DNA from: a virus
Reading direction: 5' to 3' (one strand)
Length of the DNA: 64,000 nucleotides
Virus record (IMG/VR): IMGVR_UViG_3300046616_000431
Coordinates: 1-64,000 of that record
The notes below the pieces were generated by a model, which was not told the origin of the DNA, did not search any database, and worked only from the letters and a program-made list of their open reading frames with translations. A program made the translations under genes and the position numbers. Of the stretch, positions 9,154 to 19,773 are shown piece after piece; position 1 is the stretch's first letter; the number at the start of each line of letters is the position of its first letter.

Positions 9154-10440
9154 ATGGACTTCACCGCAGATCTGATGTGGGACGGGGCCACGCGTGACCA
9201 TGACGCGGAGAGCCTCGAACTCGCACGCACGGCGGCCCTGCTCGACGCCGACGCCATGGTCGGCCCGCTGGTCTTCCAGGCGTCCGACGCAGGCGACCTC
9301 GGCCACCGCCTCGCCCTGGCCGAGCCGCACCTGCAGGCCATCGCGGAGCGGCGCGGCTACCCGGCCGAGGAACTGACGGCGGACCTGACACGCCGCTGGC
9401 AGCTGCTGGCCTCCGCCCGCACCGCCCAGGCGCAGCAGGCTGCCGCCAGCCGGAAGGTCACGGCCGCGCAGGAGGCCGCCATGGACCAGGCCGTCGCCAG
9501 CCTGGCCGCGATGGCCGCCCGTGAGAACCCGCTGGTGCCGATGTCGGAGTGCCTGCGGCTGGCCACCGAGGCCGTGCAGAAGCACGCGGACGCCTTCCCC
9601 CTCGCCTACGAGTCCTGGGGAGGTACGGGCGACGGCCCTTTCATGGATAGGGCCAAGCACTGGAAGCCCCCGAGCATGAAGGGCGGCGGCGGCTCGGCGG
9701 CAGTCGACCCGGGCGCCAACGGCGGCGACAGCACGTTCGACGAGGTCAACCGGCGCCTGGACCAGGCAGAGAACCGGGTCAACTCGATGTCCGGCGGGGC
9801 GAGCCCGTCCGGCCCGTCCGGCCCGGCGTCGCCGACCGCGTCCCTGGACGCGATGGCGGCCGGGTTCATGAACCGCGTACGGGACTGGTGGAGGGGCGAC
9901 AGCGCGGCGCAGCACCAGGCACCGGCTCCGTCGGCCACCCCGGCTCCCGCAGCTTCCTCCGAGGGGCACGTCGCCCCCTATGACCCGACAGGCTGGCACG
10001 GCAACGCGCCCGCCCGGCACGCCGAGGACGCGGCCGACGCAGCCACGGAGCGGGCTCATGACCAGGCGGGTCGGCGCGAGTTCGACGACATCATGCGGGG
10101 GCTGAACGACAGTCAGACCGAGATGAACCACAAGTGGGACACCCCGGCGGCCGATCGCTTCGAGAGCCCCTCCGAGCGCGCCGACTCGCTGGAGCACGGC
10201 AACAACCACCGCTTCAACGACATGGAGCGCCGCCTGAACGAGGCTGGCGCACCGTCCGGCGGCCACAGCCACCACCCGGCCCCGGCCAGCTTCAGCCACG
10301 CCGACTCCGGCGGCGCCAGCAGCGGCCAGCAGCACCTGCCGACCGACCCGGCCCCGTCCTTCTCCCACCCGTCCACCCCCGACACCACCCGCCAGCGCCA
10401 GGACTGGGCGTACGGCGGTCACTTCCAGTACGGGACGTGA
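9154..10440 (+). CDS. putative internal virion protein
   Basis: same operon; ASRKVTAA motif; low-complexity His/Ser/Pro C-terminal half. Confidence 0.65.
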   Translation: MDFTADLMWDGATRDHDAESLELARTAALLDADAMVGPLVFQASDAGDLGHRLALAEPHLQAIAERRGYPAEELTADLTRRWQLLASARTAQAQQAAASRKVTAAQEAAMDQAVASLAAMAARENPLVPMSECLRLATEAVQKHADAFPLAYESWGGTGDGPFMDRAKHWKPPSMKGGGGSAAVDPGANGGDSTFDEVNRRLDQAENRVNSMSGGASPSGPSGPASPTASLDAMAAGFMNRVRDWWRGDSAAQHQAPAPSATPAPAASSEGHVAPYDPTGWHGNAPARHAEDAADAATERAHDQAGRREFDDIMRGLNDSQTEMNHKWDTPAADRFESPSERADSLEHGNNHRFNDMERRLNEAGAPSGGHSHHPAPASFSHADSGGASSGQQHLPTDPAPSFSHPSTPDTTRQRQDWAYGGHFQYGT

Positions 10441-10441
10441 C

Positions 10442-10657
10442 ATGGACTCGAACGTCGCCTGGGGTGCCATCCTCGGCACCGCGTTCCTCTACGAGATGTA
10501 CGGCGTGCTGGTCCGCCCCGACCAGGGGCTGACCCTCTCCGAGCGGACCCGGGCGTGGTTCCACACCCGCAGCAAGCCGGGCAAGGCCGTCTTCGTCCTC
10601 GCCTGGCTCGGGCTGACGGCCTGGTTCATCCCGCACATCATCTTCGGAGGTCAGTAG
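10442..10657 (+). CDS. small two-TM membrane protein (holin-like)
   Basis: two hydrophobic segments flanking TLSERTRAW. Confidence 0.6.
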   Translation: MDSNVAWGAILGTAFLYEMYGVLVRPDQGLTLSERTRAWFHTRSKPGKAVFVLAWLGLTAWFIPHIIFGGQ

Positions 10658-11014
10658 GTGTTCATCTACCAGGCCGCCGTGGAGAAGGTGGTGGACGGCG
10701 ACACCCTGGACCTCCAGCTCGACCTGGGGTTCGGGGTGTTCACCCGGCAGCGGGTGCGCCTGCTCGGCATCAACGCCGCCGAGCACGGCACCGAACTCGG
10801 CGACAAGGCCACGGCGTTCGCGAGGGACTGGGTCAAGCAGCACGGGCCTGCGTTCACCGTCCGGACGCAGAAGGACAAGAAGGAAAAATTTGGCCGCTAT
10901 TTGGCCACGATCCTGTCCGACACCGCCGACCTGGGCCAGGCCCTGATCGACGCCGGACTGGCTCTCCCGTACGACGGAACCGGGCCCCGGCCCGTCCCGG
11001 AACCGGTACCGTAG
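10658..11014 (+). CDS. thermonuclease (SNase-like)
   Basis: VVDGDTL, RVRLLGINAAE, KFGRYLA and LIDAGLA motifs. Confidence 0.9.
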   Translation: MFIYQAAVEKVVDGDTLDLQLDLGFGVFTRQRVRLLGINAAEHGTELGDKATAFARDWVKQHGPAFTVRTQKDKKEKFGRYLATILSDTADLGQALIDAGLALPYDGTGPRPVPEPVP

Positions 11015-11154
11015 CCGAAGGCCCCATGGCCACCGCCTGTCGCGATTCGACATCCACACGCGCGGGCACACTCGCCCCTCCTGACCATCCAGCAGGAGGG
11101 GCGTTGTGCTGTCCGGGCCCGTATCTCCGCCTGTAGGGGGTGGAGGTGAGGACC

Positions 11155-11661
11155 ATGTCGATGCTGCCCCAGGTCCTGGCGCACCAATCAGGCGATGGAA
11201 TCACCATCGCGCACTGCCCTTTCTGCGGCTCCGGGCAGGTCCTCGGCCGGTCCGACGGGAACACCGAGTGCTCGTTCTGCAACCAGTCCTTCATGGTCCG
11301 GGTGCAGCCGATGTTCTCCGCGTTCCCGCAGACGATCGACGGCATGCCCGTCGACATCCCCGGCATGCCTCCGGTCGCGCCTCCTGGGATGCCGCCTGGC
11401 GGCGACCCGATGGCCGCCGGAGGCCCTCCTGGAGCGGACGGCGAGGACGGCGGCGGAGCGCCCCCGTTCGGCGGCGACAGCGACTCAAGCGACTCTGGCT
11501 CCGAAGACGGCCCGCCCGACTCCGGCGGCTCGGACGACGACTCCGGCGGCGGCCCGCCGTTCGAGAAGAAGGAGTCCGCGTTCCGCACGACGGCCGGTCA
11601 CCAGCTGGCCCGCACCGCCTACGTCGACTACCTGGCCAACCAGCTGAAGGGGGCCCGATGA
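11155..11661 (+). CDS. zinc-ribbon protein with acidic low-complexity tail
   Basis: CPFC...CSFC; ATG 11155 after late motif and GGAGG. Confidence 0.75.
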   Translation: MSMLPQVLAHQSGDGITIAHCPFCGSGQVLGRSDGNTECSFCNQSFMVRVQPMFSAFPQTIDGMPVDIPGMPPVAPPGMPPGGDPMAAGGPPGADGEDGGGAPPFGGDSDSSDSGSEDGPPDSGGSDDDSGGGPPFEKKESAFRTTAGHQLARTAYVDYLANQLKGAR

Positions 11662-11834
11662 GCGTCTCCGTGAAGGCCCTCGTGCAGCTCGGTCTCGACG
11701 GCGAGACGTACGAGCCGGGCGACTGGATCACGCTGCCGGACGAGCAGCAGCCCCGCGCGCAGGAGCTGCTGGCGTACGGCCTCGTCGAGGAGGCGCCTGC
11801 CGCGCCGGTCAAGGGCCGCCGCCGCAGGACGTAA
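11658..11834 (+). CDS. small head-associated hypothetical protein
   Basis: ATGA overlap; GETYEPGDWITL...AQELLAYGLVE pattern common in phage head regions. Confidence 0.6.
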   Translation: MSVSVKALVQLGLDGETYEPGDWITLPDEQQPRAQELLAYGLVEEAPAAPVKGRRRRT

Positions 11835-11846
11835 CACCCCTCGTTG

Positions 11847-11879
11847 CTGTTCCTCCCTGTTCTCCCGCCCCAAGGGGTG
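11847..11879 (+). promoter_or_regulatory. late-promoter-like bipartite motif (representative; 20 copies listed in findings)
   Basis: CTGT-N21-AAGGGGTG upstream of portal. Confidence 0.75.
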
Positions 11880-11903
11880 AGCCACCACAGGGAGGAACAC
11901 CCC

Positions 11904-14063
11904 ATGCCCGAGGACATGTCCGAGGCCGCGCTGTCGCGCATGTCTCGCCTGTTCCGCCGCGCCTCGCGCGGAGAGACAGAGTCGCCTGAGGCGCGCGAGA
12001 TGCGTGCGAACCGGCGCCTTCGCAAGAGTGCCTCCGAAGTCGGCAGGTCGGGCCCCTCGGTCAACTTCGCGACGCAGCGCCCGCGTGACCCCCTGTTCTA
12101 CTGGCGGCAGAACAACATGCCGTTTCAATTTGACGATCCGCAGCAGATGGCGAAGATGCGGGCGTACTGCCGCCTCGTATATGCCTCGCACCCGATCGTC
12201 GGCTCCTGCGTCGACATCTACTCCAAGTACCCGCTGCTCGGAATGAAGATGTCGTGCAAGGACGAGCGGCTCACCGACTTCTACACGCAGCATTTCCTCG
12301 AAGAAGAGGGCCTGAATTACAACAAGTTCATGGTCGACATCGGCCGTGAGTACTGGACGGTCGGCGAGGCCTGGCCGCTGGGCACCTTCAACGAGCCGCT
12401 CGGTGTCTGGGACGACGAGGAGCTGCTGAACCCGGACGACGTCGAGGTCCAGCCCTCCCCGTTCCTGCGTGACCCGCGCTTCCTGATCCGGCTCCCCACC
12501 GAGATGCGGGAGCTGATCCGCACCCGTCAGCCTGCCTGGGAATTCCAGAAGCTGATGGAGGCGTACCCGGAGCTGACGTATTACGCCGACGACAACGCGC
12601 TCATGCCAGTTTCGAATATCTTGCTGCGCCAGCTGAAATTCGAAGCCGACACCTTCAACAAGCGCGGCGTCCCCCTGCTTTACCGGGCGATGAGAAGCCT
12701 GATGCAGGAGGAGATGCTGAATGCGGCCGTCGACTCGGTGGCCGACCGGCTGTACACCCCGCTGATCCTGGCCAAGCTCGGCGCCTCCGCCTCGGACCTT
12801 GGCACCAGCGTGCCGTGGATCCCGACGCAGGACGACCTCGCCGACTTCGAGGAGGCCGTCGACCTCGCGCTCGCGGGCGACTTCCGCATCATCATGACCC
12901 ACTTCGGCGTCGACATGGAGCCGGTGCTGGGCAAGGAGGACGTCCCCGACCTCTCCCCGGACTTCGAGCGCATCGAGGGCCGGATCCTGCAGACGTTCGG
13001 CCTGTCCAAGACGATGCTGGCCGGTGCGTCCTCCGGTGAGACGTACGCGGCCGACGCCCTCAACCGCGACCTCGTCACGCAGATGCTGACGAACTACCAG
13101 CAGCTGCTGAACCGGCACTACCGCCAGCGCGCCCTCGTCGTGGCCGAAGCGCAGGAGCACTTCGACTACGAGGAGCGTGGCGGCAAGCGCTACGTGAAGA
13201 TGGAAGAGATCCTCGAAATCGACGAGGAGACCGGCGAGGAGCGCATCGTCGAGCAGCCGAAGCTGCTCATCCCCGAGCTGCAGTTCCGCACCATGTCCCT
13301 GCAGGACGAGGCCGCGCAGACGGAGTTCTTCGAGGCGCTGCGCGAGGCCGGTGTCCCGATCTCGATGCGCACCCGGCTGCACAACGTGCAGATCGACTTC
13401 GACGACGAGATCGAAAAATCCCGCGACGAGGCCGTCGAGATGGCGGTCGCCGAGCAGGAGACCCGCAAGGCCATCTACGTCGCGCTCAAGGACAAGGGCC
13501 TGCCGATCCCGCAGGACCTGCGCTCGGACTTCGAGCCGCGCGCGCTGCCTCCGGCCCAGGACCCCAACGCGATGCCGACGGCGGCGCTGCGGATCCCCCT
13601 GCTGGGCATGGACCCGGTCGGCGCCCAGCCCACCCTCGCGCCCACGATGCAGGACCTGCAGGGCACTCCGGCCGACGGCGGCGTCGCACAGCCCGGCGGC
13701 GTGCCCGAGCCCGTGGACGCCGACCAGGGCGGCGGGGATGCCCGGCCGGACGAGTCCGACGAGATGCGCGGCGACATGCCCAAGCAGTCCTCGAAATCGA
13801 CGTACACGCCGATCGAGGACGTCACCGGGCTGTTCCAGAACGCCGAGCGCATGCGCCACCTGGCCAACCAGCACAAGCCGAAGGTCACGGTCGCCGCCAA
13901 GCCGGACCCGAAGCCCGAGGGCGAGGACGGCGAGGAGCCCGAGGTTCCCGAGGCCGTCCAGCGCAAGCAGCCCATCGGGCTGTACGGCGGCCCCCGTCAC
14001 GTCGGCATGCGCCGCCACGTGAACGAGAAGGACATCAACAATCTGTGGGGGATCACCCGATGA
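11904..14063 (+). CDS. portal protein
   Basis: size, position, HPIVGSCVDIYSKYP and RGVPLLYRAMRSL portal-like segments; GGAGG RBS; long disordered C-terminus. Confidence 0.8.
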   Translation: MPEDMSEAALSRMSRLFRRASRGETESPEAREMRANRRLRKSASEVGRSGPSVNFATQRPRDPLFYWRQNNMPFQFDDPQQMAKMRAYCRLVYASHPIVGSCVDIYSKYPLLGMKMSCKDERLTDFYTQHFLEEEGLNYNKFMVDIGREYWTVGEAWPLGTFNEPLGVWDDEELLNPDDVEVQPSPFLRDPRFLIRLPTEMRELIRTRQPAWEFQKLMEAYPELTYYADDNALMPVSNILLRQLKFEADTFNKRGVPLLYRAMRSLMQEEMLNAAVDSVADRLYTPLILAKLGASASDLGTSVPWIPTQDDLADFEEAVDLALAGDFRIIMTHFGVDMEPVLGKEDVPDLSPDFERIEGRILQTFGLSKTMLAGASSGETYAADALNRDLVTQMLTNYQQLLNRHYRQRALVVAEAQEHFDYEERGGKRYVKMEEILEIDEETGEERIVEQPKLLIPELQFRTMSLQDEAAQTEFFEALREAGVPISMRTRLHNVQIDFDDEIEKSRDEAVEMAVAEQETRKAIYVALKDKGLPIPQDLRSDFEPRALPPAQDPNAMPTAALRIPLLGMDPVGAQPTLAPTMQDLQGTPADGGVAQPGGVPEPVDADQGGGDARPDESDEMRGDMPKQSSKSTYTPIEDVTGLFQNAERMRHLANQHKPKVTVAAKPDPKPEGEDGEEPEVPEAVQRKQPIGLYGGPRHVGMRRHVNEKDINNLWGITR

Positions 14064-17000
14064 CGTACACCCTGATTCCGGTCACCCGGACCTACCTCAA
14101 CGGGGCTACGCCGCGCACCGGCACGGTCCGGCTGCAGCTCGTCGGCCCCCTCTACAACGAGGGCGAGATAGCTGACCGCCAGCCGCAGATCGCCACCCTC
14201 GACGCGGCGGGCTCGATCTCGCTGACCGTGCGGGCCACGAACGACCCGGCGACCCTTCCGGTGGGCGGCGGCGCGTACGAGGTCACCGAGTCCCTGTCCG
14301 GCCTGGCCACCTCCGTCTACTACATCGAGGTGCCCTACGACGGCGGCCCCGTCGACCTGGCGACCGCCCCGCACCTGGCGGCCGGGGACATCAACGCCCC
14401 GGCCGTGCTGTTCCAGCCGGTCAACGAGCGCGGCCTGCCCGGCGGCTACCCGGTCCTGGACGGCTCCGGCCGTGTCCCGCGCACCCAGCTGCCTGCCGAC
14501 CTCGGCAGCGGGGGCGGCGGCAGCGGTGTCGTGCTCAGCGGCGACGCTACGGACATCCAGTCACTGGGCACCCGGGCGGCCGGTACGACCGGCAAGGCGG
14601 CCGACGCTGGCCACGTCCACCAGATGCCCACCCTCAGCCAGGTAGGGCCGCCGACCGCCAACGTCGACCTGAACGGCAAGCGTGCCGTCAACGCCGCCCC
14701 CGGCGTCGCCGCGACCGACCTGGCCACCGTGGCGCAGCTCGGGCAGTCCCTGCTGGGCTGGCTGAACGTCAAGGACACCGCGTACGGAGCCAAGGGCGAC
14801 GGGACGACCGATGACACGGCCGCGATCCAGGCGGCCTTCAACGCGGCTCCTGCCGGTGGCGTGGTCTACCTGCCGGAGGGTGTCTACCGGACCTCCGCCC
14901 CGCTGGTAGTGCCGCCTGCCATCACCGTGCGCGGCTCGCACGCCAACATGATGACGGCGCTCAACCTCGCGGACCCGCCGTGCTACATCCAGCCGCTGCC
15001 CGGCTTCACCGGCGCGTCGCTGCTCCTGCTGAAGGACCAGGCGGGCGGCGGGTACGCCAGCCTCCCGGCCGAGCACCGCATCGAGAACCTGATGCTGGAC
15101 GGCTCGACGCTGGACGGCACCAAGCCGGTCGACGGCATCTTCGCCGCTGGCAACATCCAGAACGTCCGGCTGGACAAGGTCACCATCCGGCGCATGTCGA
15201 ACAACGGCATCGTCACCGGCAGCATCGCCAACGTCTTCCCGTACTCGTGGCGGCTGACGAACGTGATGATCGACAACTGCCGGGGCAACGGCGTCCTCTT
15301 CACGCGCATGACCGACCTGACGATGATCGACTGCCAGGCCATCGGCAACTGGGCCCAGGGCATGGTCCTGTCGAACATCGCCAACAGCCAGCTGATCGGC
15401 TGCCGGTGGGAGTGGAACGGCAGTCACGGCCTCCACATCACCGGCAGCTGGGGCAACGGCACCGGCTCCGGCGGCATGCAGCTGGACGCCTCCTCGACCG
15501 ACCGCAACGGCGGCCACGGCGTCCTGATCGACGCCACCGGCAACGCGCCGGTCAGCATCACCAACCTGACGACCCGCCGCGACGGCCGCAACGGCGGCAG
15601 CGGCGGAGGCGGCTTCTCCGGCCTGGCCGTAGTCGGCGCGACCATGCCGGTCGTCGGCAACACCATCACCTGCTACCCGGGCGTGGACGACGACGGCACC
15701 GGCACGAACTCGCCCCAGTACGGCGCCCTCCTGTCCGGCTCGACGAGCATCCAGCTCGACGGGCTGTACCTGCACGCCGCGCAGGAAGGCCTCCACGACG
15801 ACGGCACCAACACGGCCGTCACCCTCGGCTCCAGCGTCACCGTGGCGTCCGGCCCGACGACCGCGCCCGCACGCAACGTGCGCCCGATCGGGGCTGGCTG
15901 GCTGAACGTCAAGGCGTTCGGCGCCAAGGGCGACGGCATCACGGACGACACCGCCGCGCTGCAGGCGGCCATCACGGCCGGTGGTGCGGCCCACACCACC
16001 GTGTACGTGCCGCCGGGAACCTACATGGTCAGCGACCCCATCGTCATCCCGGCCGGTGAGGGCCTGACGGTCGCGGGCGCCGGGTGGGGCTCCTCGATCA
16101 AGCTCCTGGCCGCGAGCGACTGCTTCGTCTTCAAGATGACCGCAGTCGACACCCGCGTCACCTTCCGGGACCTGGAGATCGACGGCAACTGCCTGGAGCA
16201 GGGCACCACCGGCACCTCCGGCGGCATCGACGGCTCCGGCTCCGTGGCGAGCCTGTACTTCAACATCCACTTCATCGCGTGCCGCGACGACGCCCTGTAC
16301 CTGGCAGGCATGACCGGCGGCGCGTTCGGCCACAACAACCGGGTCATCGGCTGCCTCTTCGACCAGTCGATGACCTCCACGGGCCCCGGTCGCGGCATCC
16401 ACATGGACAGCAACGACGAGAACCAGGTCATCGGCTGCGACTTCGAGTACCTCGGCGGATCGGGCGGCACCGGCGCCACCGCCGCTTCGATGATCTTCGA
16501 CCAGTGCGGGACGCAGTTCATCTCGGACTGCAACTTCGTCAACGGCGGCAACAACGCCATCGGCGTCCGCGTCCAGGACGCCAAGTCGACGAAGATCACC
16601 GGCTGCAACTTCGACGGCCTCGCCGGTACCGCGATCTTCCTCGCCGCGCAGCGGTGCGTCGTCACCAGCAACACGATCTTCTCGGTGGGTCACGCCGGTA
16701 CAGCGGGCCAGGCGTCCGGCATCCACCTGGAGTACGCCACCGCCGACAACGTCATCGCGCACAACGTGATCACCTCCGACCCGACGAACGGCGTCTCTCG
16801 CGGCGCCATCCGGGAGGCGTCTGACGGCAACTCCGGTGGCAACAACATCAGCAACAACACGATCGTCACGTCCGGCACCTGGGCCTACGCCCCGCTCGAT
16901 CTGAGCGGCAAGGGCTCGCAAGTACTGGGCAACATCGGCGGCGGGATCACCGGCGACCAGGCGATCTACGTCAACGTCAAAAGCCCCGCATTCAGGGCCA

Positions 17001-18304
17001 AGGGCGACGGGACCACCGACGACACCGCAGCGATACAGGCCGCGCTGACCGCCTGTCCTGCGGGAGGGACCGTCTACCTGCCGGTGGGGGTCTACCGCAC
17101 CAGCGCGCCGCTCACGATCCCGCCCTACGTGACGCTGAGGGGCACTCACGGGGGTGGGGAGGCGCAAAGCCTGTCATCGCCGAGGCCGTCTGCGATCAAG
17201 CCGCTCGCGTCCTTCTCCGGCGGTGCGGTCGTCCAGGTGCTGGATCAGCAGCTCGGCGGGTATGCCACGCTGGCGTCGGAGATCGCGCTCTACAACCTCA
17301 CCATCGACGGCTCGGCTCTGACTGCCGGATCGGGTATCGCAGGTATCCGGATGACGGGCCAGATCCAGCACGTCACGATGCGGGACGTGCAGGTGCGGCA
17401 GGTGCCGGGCATCGGCATCGACACCACCTACAACCTCAGTGCGCCTCCCGGTCCGCAGGCGCCTTTCTGCCTGCACTACAGCCGGGTCTCCGTCCTGTGG
17501 TCGGGCAGCCACGGCATCACCCTGAACAACTCCACGGACTCCACGTTCGAGGACGTCTACGTGCTGGGCGTCACCGGCTTCGGCTGGTACATCTCCGGGG
17601 CCAGCGGCTCTCAGTGGATCGCATGCCGAGCCGAGTGGTCCGGTCTGGACGGATTCAACCTCGCCGGTAACTCCGGCGTGGAGACCTTCATCGGCTGTTC
17701 CACCGACCGCAACGGCCAGAACGGCTTCTCCATCCCCTCCTCCGGCAGCACCGGCACAGTGGTCCTGTCCAGCTGCCGGATGACTCGCGACGGCAAGTCC
17801 TCCACCAGCGCCGGGTACTCCGGCCTCAACGTCAACGGCGCCACGCGGAAGGTCATCGTGGACGCCGTCGTCATCACCACCGGGCGGGACGACGACGGCA
17901 CCTCGGGCAACCTGAGCCCCCAGTACGGCGTCTCGGCGACCAACGCCGCGTACGTCGTTGTGGCGTCCGGCGACATCAACGGCGCCACATCGGCGTGGAG
18001 GGACGGCGGCGGCAACACCATGCTCCTGCGCGGGCCCACGGTGACCGGGAACAATCTGGCATCGGGCCCCATGGTGAAAGAGGGCACCAACGCGCGTATG
18101 GGAGTCGCCACCCTTGTGGCAGGCACCGTGACCGTCGCCAACACGAGCGTGGGAGCCAACAGCCGTATCTTCCTCACCCGGGCCACGGCGGGCGGCACCT
18201 TGGGCCAGCTGTCGTACACGGTCACGGCAGGCGTCAGCTTCACGATCAACTCAGCAGCCGCCGAAACGTCCACGGTGAACTGGATGATCGTCGAAGCCGC
18301 CTGA
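14060..18304 (+). CDS. tailspike/fibre with three tandem right-handed beta-helix (pectate-lyase-3-like) modules
   Basis: three copies of (W/Y)xNVK..(G/R)AKGDGxTDDTAA(I/L)QAA...VYxPxGxY; C-terminal NARMGVATLVAGTVTV module. Confidence 0.85.
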   Translation: MTYTLIPVTRTYLNGATPRTGTVRLQLVGPLYNEGEIADRQPQIATLDAAGSISLTVRATNDPATLPVGGGAYEVTESLSGLATSVYYIEVPYDGGPVDLATAPHLAAGDINAPAVLFQPVNERGLPGGYPVLDGSGRVPRTQLPADLGSGGGGSGVVLSGDATDIQSLGTRAAGTTGKAADAGHVHQMPTLSQVGPPTANVDLNGKRAVNAAPGVAATDLATVAQLGQSLLGWLNVKDTAYGAKGDGTTDDTAAIQAAFNAAPAGGVVYLPEGVYRTSAPLVVPPAITVRGSHANMMTALNLADPPCYIQPLPGFTGASLLLLKDQAGGGYASLPAEHRIENLMLDGSTLDGTKPVDGIFAAGNIQNVRLDKVTIRRMSNNGIVTGSIANVFPYSWRLTNVMIDNCRGNGVLFTRMTDLTMIDCQAIGNWAQGMVLSNIANSQLIGCRWEWNGSHGLHITGSWGNGTGSGGMQLDASSTDRNGGHGVLIDATGNAPVSITNLTTRRDGRNGGSGGGGFSGLAVVGATMPVVGNTITCYPGVDDDGTGTNSPQYGALLSGSTSIQLDGLYLHAAQEGLHDDGTNTAVTLGSSVTVASGPTTAPARNVRPIGAGWLNVKAFGAKGDGITDDTAALQAAITAGGAAHTTVYVPPGTYMVSDPIVIPAGEGLTVAGAGWGSSIKLLAASDCFVFKMTAVDTRVTFRDLEIDGNCLEQGTTGTSGGIDGSGSVASLYFNIHFIACRDDALYLAGMTGGAFGHNNRVIGCLFDQSMTSTGPGRGIHMDSNDENQVIGCDFEYLGGSGGTGATAASMIFDQCGTQFISDCNFVNGGNNAIGVRVQDAKSTKITGCNFDGLAGTAIFLAAQRCVVTSNTIFSVGHAGTAGQASGIHLEYATADNVIAHNVITSDPTNGVSRGAIREASDGNSGGNNISNNTIVTSGTWAYAPLDLSGKGSQVLGNIGGGITGDQAIYVNVKSPAFRAKGDGTTDDTAAIQAALTACPAGGTVYLPVGVYRTSAPLTIPPYVTLRGTHGGGEAQSLSSPRPSAIKPLASFSGGAVVQVLDQQLGGYATLASEIALYNLTIDGSALTAGSGIAGIRMTGQIQHVTMRDVQVRQVPGIGIDTTYNLSAPPGPQAPFCLHYSRVSVLWSGSHGITLNNSTDSTFEDVYVLGVTGFGWYISGASGSQWIACRAEWSGLDGFNLAGNSGVETFIGCSTDRNGQNGFSIPSSGSTGTVVLSSCRMTRDGKSSTSAGYSGLNVNGATRKVIVDAVVITTGRDDDGTSGNLSPQYGVSATNAAYVVVASGDINGATSAWRDGGGNTMLLRGPTVTGNNLASGPMVKEGTNARMGVATLVAGTVTVANTSVGANSRIFLTRATAGGTLGQLSYTVTAGVSFTINSAAAETSTVNWMIVEAA

Positions 18305-18388
18305 GCAGTCTTCGGCGCCCGCTGCTGTCCAGCGGCCCCCGGCCCTCCCAAGGGGTGAGATCTCACCACCCCTTGGGAGGGCCCCCTC

Positions 18389-19261
18389 ATGTCAGGCATA
18401 GTCCCCGACTGGCGCCGCCTCGTCGACCACGTCCAGTCGATCGCCGAGAAGATCTACGAGAACTGGAACAGCCGCGACGGCTGGGACAACGACACGATCT
18501 TCGGCAAGCAGTACGGCTGGAACCTGGTCGCCTGGTGCATGGAGTTCGACTGGTGCATGTTCAAGGACGTGGCCCTCGACTCCATCATCCCCAAGACCGC
18601 GTCCGTGGCCGCCATGACCGACTACGCCAAGAAGCACGGCGCGTGGAGCGAGTACCCCTCCGTCGGCGCCCTGATCAACTTCTCCAGCTCCGGGCACACC
18701 GAGATCTGCGTCGGATTCGACAAGGACAACGTGTACAGCAAGGGGGGCAACAGCCTCCAGGCCGGAGCCGAGGACCACGGCCAGGGCAACGGCGTCTGGT
18801 CGCACGTGACCCCGCGCCGCGCGGCCAAGGTCGTCGGCTACTTCGCCCCGAAGTTCCCCGACGGCGTCTGCCCGCCCACCGCTGACCCGAACGACCCGCG
18901 CGGAGGCAAGGCCGTCGAGTCCTGGCGCTGGACGCCCCCGGCCGCCCCCTCCAAGCCGTCCACCCCGTCGGCTCCGTCGACCCCGGCCAAGCCGACGCTC
19001 CCGGCCTTCCCCGGCCGCGACGAGTTCGTGCTCGGCGCGAGGAACAAGTACGCCCTGCAACTGCAGAAGTGGCTCGCCAAGGGCAACTGGGGCCCGGCGT
19101 ACACCGTCGGCCCGTCCGACACCATGACTCAGAAGGACCTCGACAAGGTCAAGGCCCTGCAGCAGCACTACCTGTCGGCGCTCGGCCCGGCCGACGGCCT
19201 GTGCGGCCCGAAGACCTGGCAGTACGCCTTCGAGGTCGCGAGCGGCCTCCGCAAGAAGTAA
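18389..19261 (+). CDS. endolysin (CHAP-like catalytic domain, P/S/T linker, peptidoglycan-binding domain)
   Basis: AWCMEF, GHTEI and GGNS motifs; C-terminal ADGLCGPKTW. Confidence 0.85.
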   Translation: MSGIVPDWRRLVDHVQSIAEKIYENWNSRDGWDNDTIFGKQYGWNLVAWCMEFDWCMFKDVALDSIIPKTASVAAMTDYAKKHGAWSEYPSVGALINFSSSGHTEICVGFDKDNVYSKGGNSLQAGAEDHGQGNGVWSHVTPRRAAKVVGYFAPKFPDGVCPPTADPNDPRGGKAVESWRWTPPAAPSKPSTPSAPSTPAKPTLPAFPGRDEFVLGARNKYALQLQKWLAKGNWGPAYTVGPSDTMTQKDLDKVKALQQHYLSALGPADGLCGPKTWQYAFEVASGLRKK

Positions 19262-19382
19262 CACTCAGTAGCGCCGAAACCCCCGGATCACGATCTTCTG
19301 TGAAGACCGGGGGTTTTGCGCTGTCTGGCTCCAACCCCAGGGCTGCCAAGGGGTGAAGGCCAAGACCACCGAGGAGTTGCGC

Positions 19383-19712
19383 ATGACCCAGTCGGACCCC
19401 ACCAGCCTGGGCGATCTGTGGACGATGATCCAGCGCGACTCACAAATCACCAGGGACGCCGTCAAGCGGGAGCTGGACGACGTCAAGAAGCGCCTCGACA
19501 CCTTCGTCACCAAGGACCACTTCGAGGCCGAGAAGCGCTTGCTGGAGGCCCGCATCCAGCACGCGGAGGACGCGCTGAAGAAGCTGGAGGACGACGCCCG
19601 CGACAGCGCGCTGGGCCGGGCGCAGACACGCCGCGAGTTCGTCTACAAGGGCCTGATCCCAGTCCTCGCGCTGCTGATCGCGGCGCTGTCCATCTACTTC
19701 AGCGCCAAGTAG
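19383..19712 (+). CDS. coiled-coil protein with C-terminal TM (lysis accessory / holin-like)
   Basis: adjacent to endolysin; GAGGAG RBS; LIPVLALLIAALSIYF. Confidence 0.6.
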   Translation: MTQSDPTSLGDLWTMIQRDSQITRDAVKRELDDVKKRLDTFVTKDHFEAEKRLLEARIQHAEDALKKLEDDARDSALGRAQTRREFVYKGLIPVLALLIAALSIYFSAK

Positions 19713-19773
19713 AGCCTGTCTGTCCGGGGGCTTGAGGGCCCAAGGGGCGAAGAGAGCACCCTGGGAGGGCAGC

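Noticed and set aside
19353-19382. GTG starts called inside the AAGGGGTG motif (also 11140, 43043, 45239)
   Set aside because: These GTGs belong to the putative promoter box; downstream starts fit better, most with an evident SD.
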